Source of the DNA: Chthoniobacteraceae bacterium
GTDB taxonomy: Bacteria; Verrucomicrobiota; Verrucomicrobiia; Chthoniobacterales; Chthoniobacteraceae
Direction: 5' to 3'
DNA: 33,168 bases
Assembly (NCBI GenBank): GCA_040081625.1
Contig: JBEBGD010000061.1
Location: 1-33,168 of the forward strand
In this document: positions 32,060-33,168 of the stretch, one piece after another
Layout of the letters: the number at the start of each line of letters is the position of its first letter
How positions within the stretch are numbered: the stretch's first letter is position 1
The notes under the pieces: generated by a model
The model's database searches: none
Seen by the model: the letters and a program-made list of their open reading frames with translations, nothing else
Told to the model about the DNA's origin: nothing
Program-made: the position numbers and the translations under genes

Positions 32060-32862
32060 TACGCCAACTTGAACCGCGGACTCTGCGAGAGAAACCGCTG
32101 CGGGTTGCCGAAGATGAGATTGTCGATCGCGGCGGCGGAATGCCCGCGCTTGCGTAGTTCGGTGGCGGCGCGTGGCACGGCGAGCGGCACCGAGTGGCCC
32201 CAGTCGCACGCGCTGTTCATCCAGATGCGATGCGCGTCGGCGTGCTCGATGATGTCCACCGCGCGCGCGGCGTTGACCTTCGACTCGGGATAAAGCGTGA
32301 TGCCCGCCCAGAACCCGGCGTCGAGCACGAGATCGACGGTGTGTTCCTCGACGTGGTCGATGATCACCCGCTCGGGCTTGATGCGGCTGTCGGCCTTGAT
32401 CGTGTCGAGGATGAGCTTCGTGCCCTTGAGCTTGTCCTCGAGGTGCGGCGTGTGGACGAGGATGAGCTGGTCGTGCTTCGCCGCGAGATCGATGTGGCGT
32501 TCGAGCACCTTGAGTTCGTTGCGGGTGTTCTTGTTCAGGCCGATTTCGCCGATGCCGAGCACGGTCGGGCGATCGAGGAAATACGGGATGATCGAGAGCA
32601 CCTCATCGGCGAGCACCATGTCCTCGCTCTCCTTCGGGTTGATGCACAGCCAGCAGAAGTGCGGCAGCGCGTATTTCGCGGCGCGCTTCGGTTCGTAGTC
32701 GGTGAGCTGGCAGAAGTAATCGTAGAAGCCCTGCACTCCGCTGCGGTCGAAGCCGGCCCAAAATGCCGGCTCGCAAACGGCGGCGCAGCCAGCGGTGACC
32801 ATCGCTTCGTAGTCGTCAGTCGTGCGACTGACCATGTGGGCGTGCGGTTCGATGTAGCGCAT
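32059..32862 (-). CDS. eboB: TatD-family metallohydrolase, EboB-like
   Basis: 'EPHAHMVSRTTDDYEAM', 'EPAFW', 'INPKE', 'GIGEIG', 'VHTPH', 'IDH' and 'NSACDWG' match my recollection of the EboB subfamily. The TatD call is firm; eboB orthology is less certain. Confidence 0.8.
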   Translation of the reverse strand: MRYIEPHAHMVSRTTDDYEAMVTAGCAAVCEPAFWAGFDRSGVQGFYDYFCQLTDYEPKRAAKYALPHFCWLCINPKESEDMVLADEVLSIIPYFLDRPTVLGIGEIGLNKNTRNELKVLERHIDLAAKHDQLILVHTPHLEDKLKGTKLILDTIKADSRIKPERVIIDHVEEHTVDLVLDAGFWAGITLYPESKVNAARAVDIIEHADAHRIWMNSACDWGHSVPLAVPRAATELRKRGHSAAAIDNLIFGNPQRFLSQSPRFKLA

Positions 32863-33128
32863 TATTTCGCCTCCGGGTAAGCGCCGACCGCTCCTTTGCC
32901 CGGCGATCGGTCAATCGGTTCGCTCGTCGGGTCGCTGAGGCTGAGCAGCACGTTTCTCGCACGCTGCGGCTCGCCTTTCGACAGCTCGGTGAGCGCGCGC
33001 TTGAAGGCGTCGAAGCGGAAGTCGGCGTCGCCCTCGCCGCGGTCCACGCGGTCGAGGAAAGCGGCGAGGTCGATGAGCTTCGAGCGCGCATCCATGAAAT
33101 AGAGATCGAGGAGTTGCTGGCGATTCAT
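32862..33128 (-). CDS. Small hypothetical protein (88 aa), predicted helical
   Basis: Typical codon usage, ATG start and TAATG coupling to the TatD gene; sequence 'YFMDARSKLIDLAAFLDRVDR'. Confidence 0.8.
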   Translation of the reverse strand: MNRQQLLDLYFMDARSKLIDLAAFLDRVDRGEGDADFRFDAFKRALTELSKGEPQRARNVLLSLSDPTSEPIDRSPGKGAVGAYPEAK

Positions 33129-33168
33129 TGTGAGAAAGAGAACGCCGCCAGAGTCGCTAGACCCTGGC

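Overview
This is a high-GC chromosomal window, probably from the PVC superphylum. Verrucomicrobiota (Chthoniobacterales-like) is my best guess, inferred from an N-terminal 'EPLEARIVPA' motif and gene starts without Shine-Dalgarno sites. Positions 1-14177 hold two tandem paralogous giant surface proteins built from delta-60-type repeats, Calx-beta domains and a C-terminal FG-GAP/VCBS propeller. The first is truncated by the window edge and the second is about 3460 aa. Between them lies an 86-bp, nearly identical copy of the 3' end of the neighbouring P-II gene. Positions 14187-21683 carry glnK and amtB (minus strand), sufT, a cysteine-free lptD, an inverted heptamer-repeat hairpin, ugd and a secreted VWA protein. 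Positions 21789-32059 form a surface-glycan synthesis and decoration cluster: a CE4 deacetylase, two SAM methyltransferases, an FAD oxidoreductase or mutase-like protein, two GT4 and one GT2 glycosyltransferases, a nucleotidyltransferase-fold/thymidylate-kinase-like fusion, an APH-like kinase and a GDP-mannose 3,5-epimerase-like enzyme. The window ends with an EboB-like TatD hydrolase and a small hypothetical gene. No rRNA, tRNA, CRISPR array, integrase or transposase was seen. The best candidates for undescribed biology are the NTase-TMK plus APH-kinase glycan-modification module and the giant proteins' unusual N-terminal motif combined with a lysine-faced C-terminal propeller. All family calls come from motif recognition by eye, not database searches.
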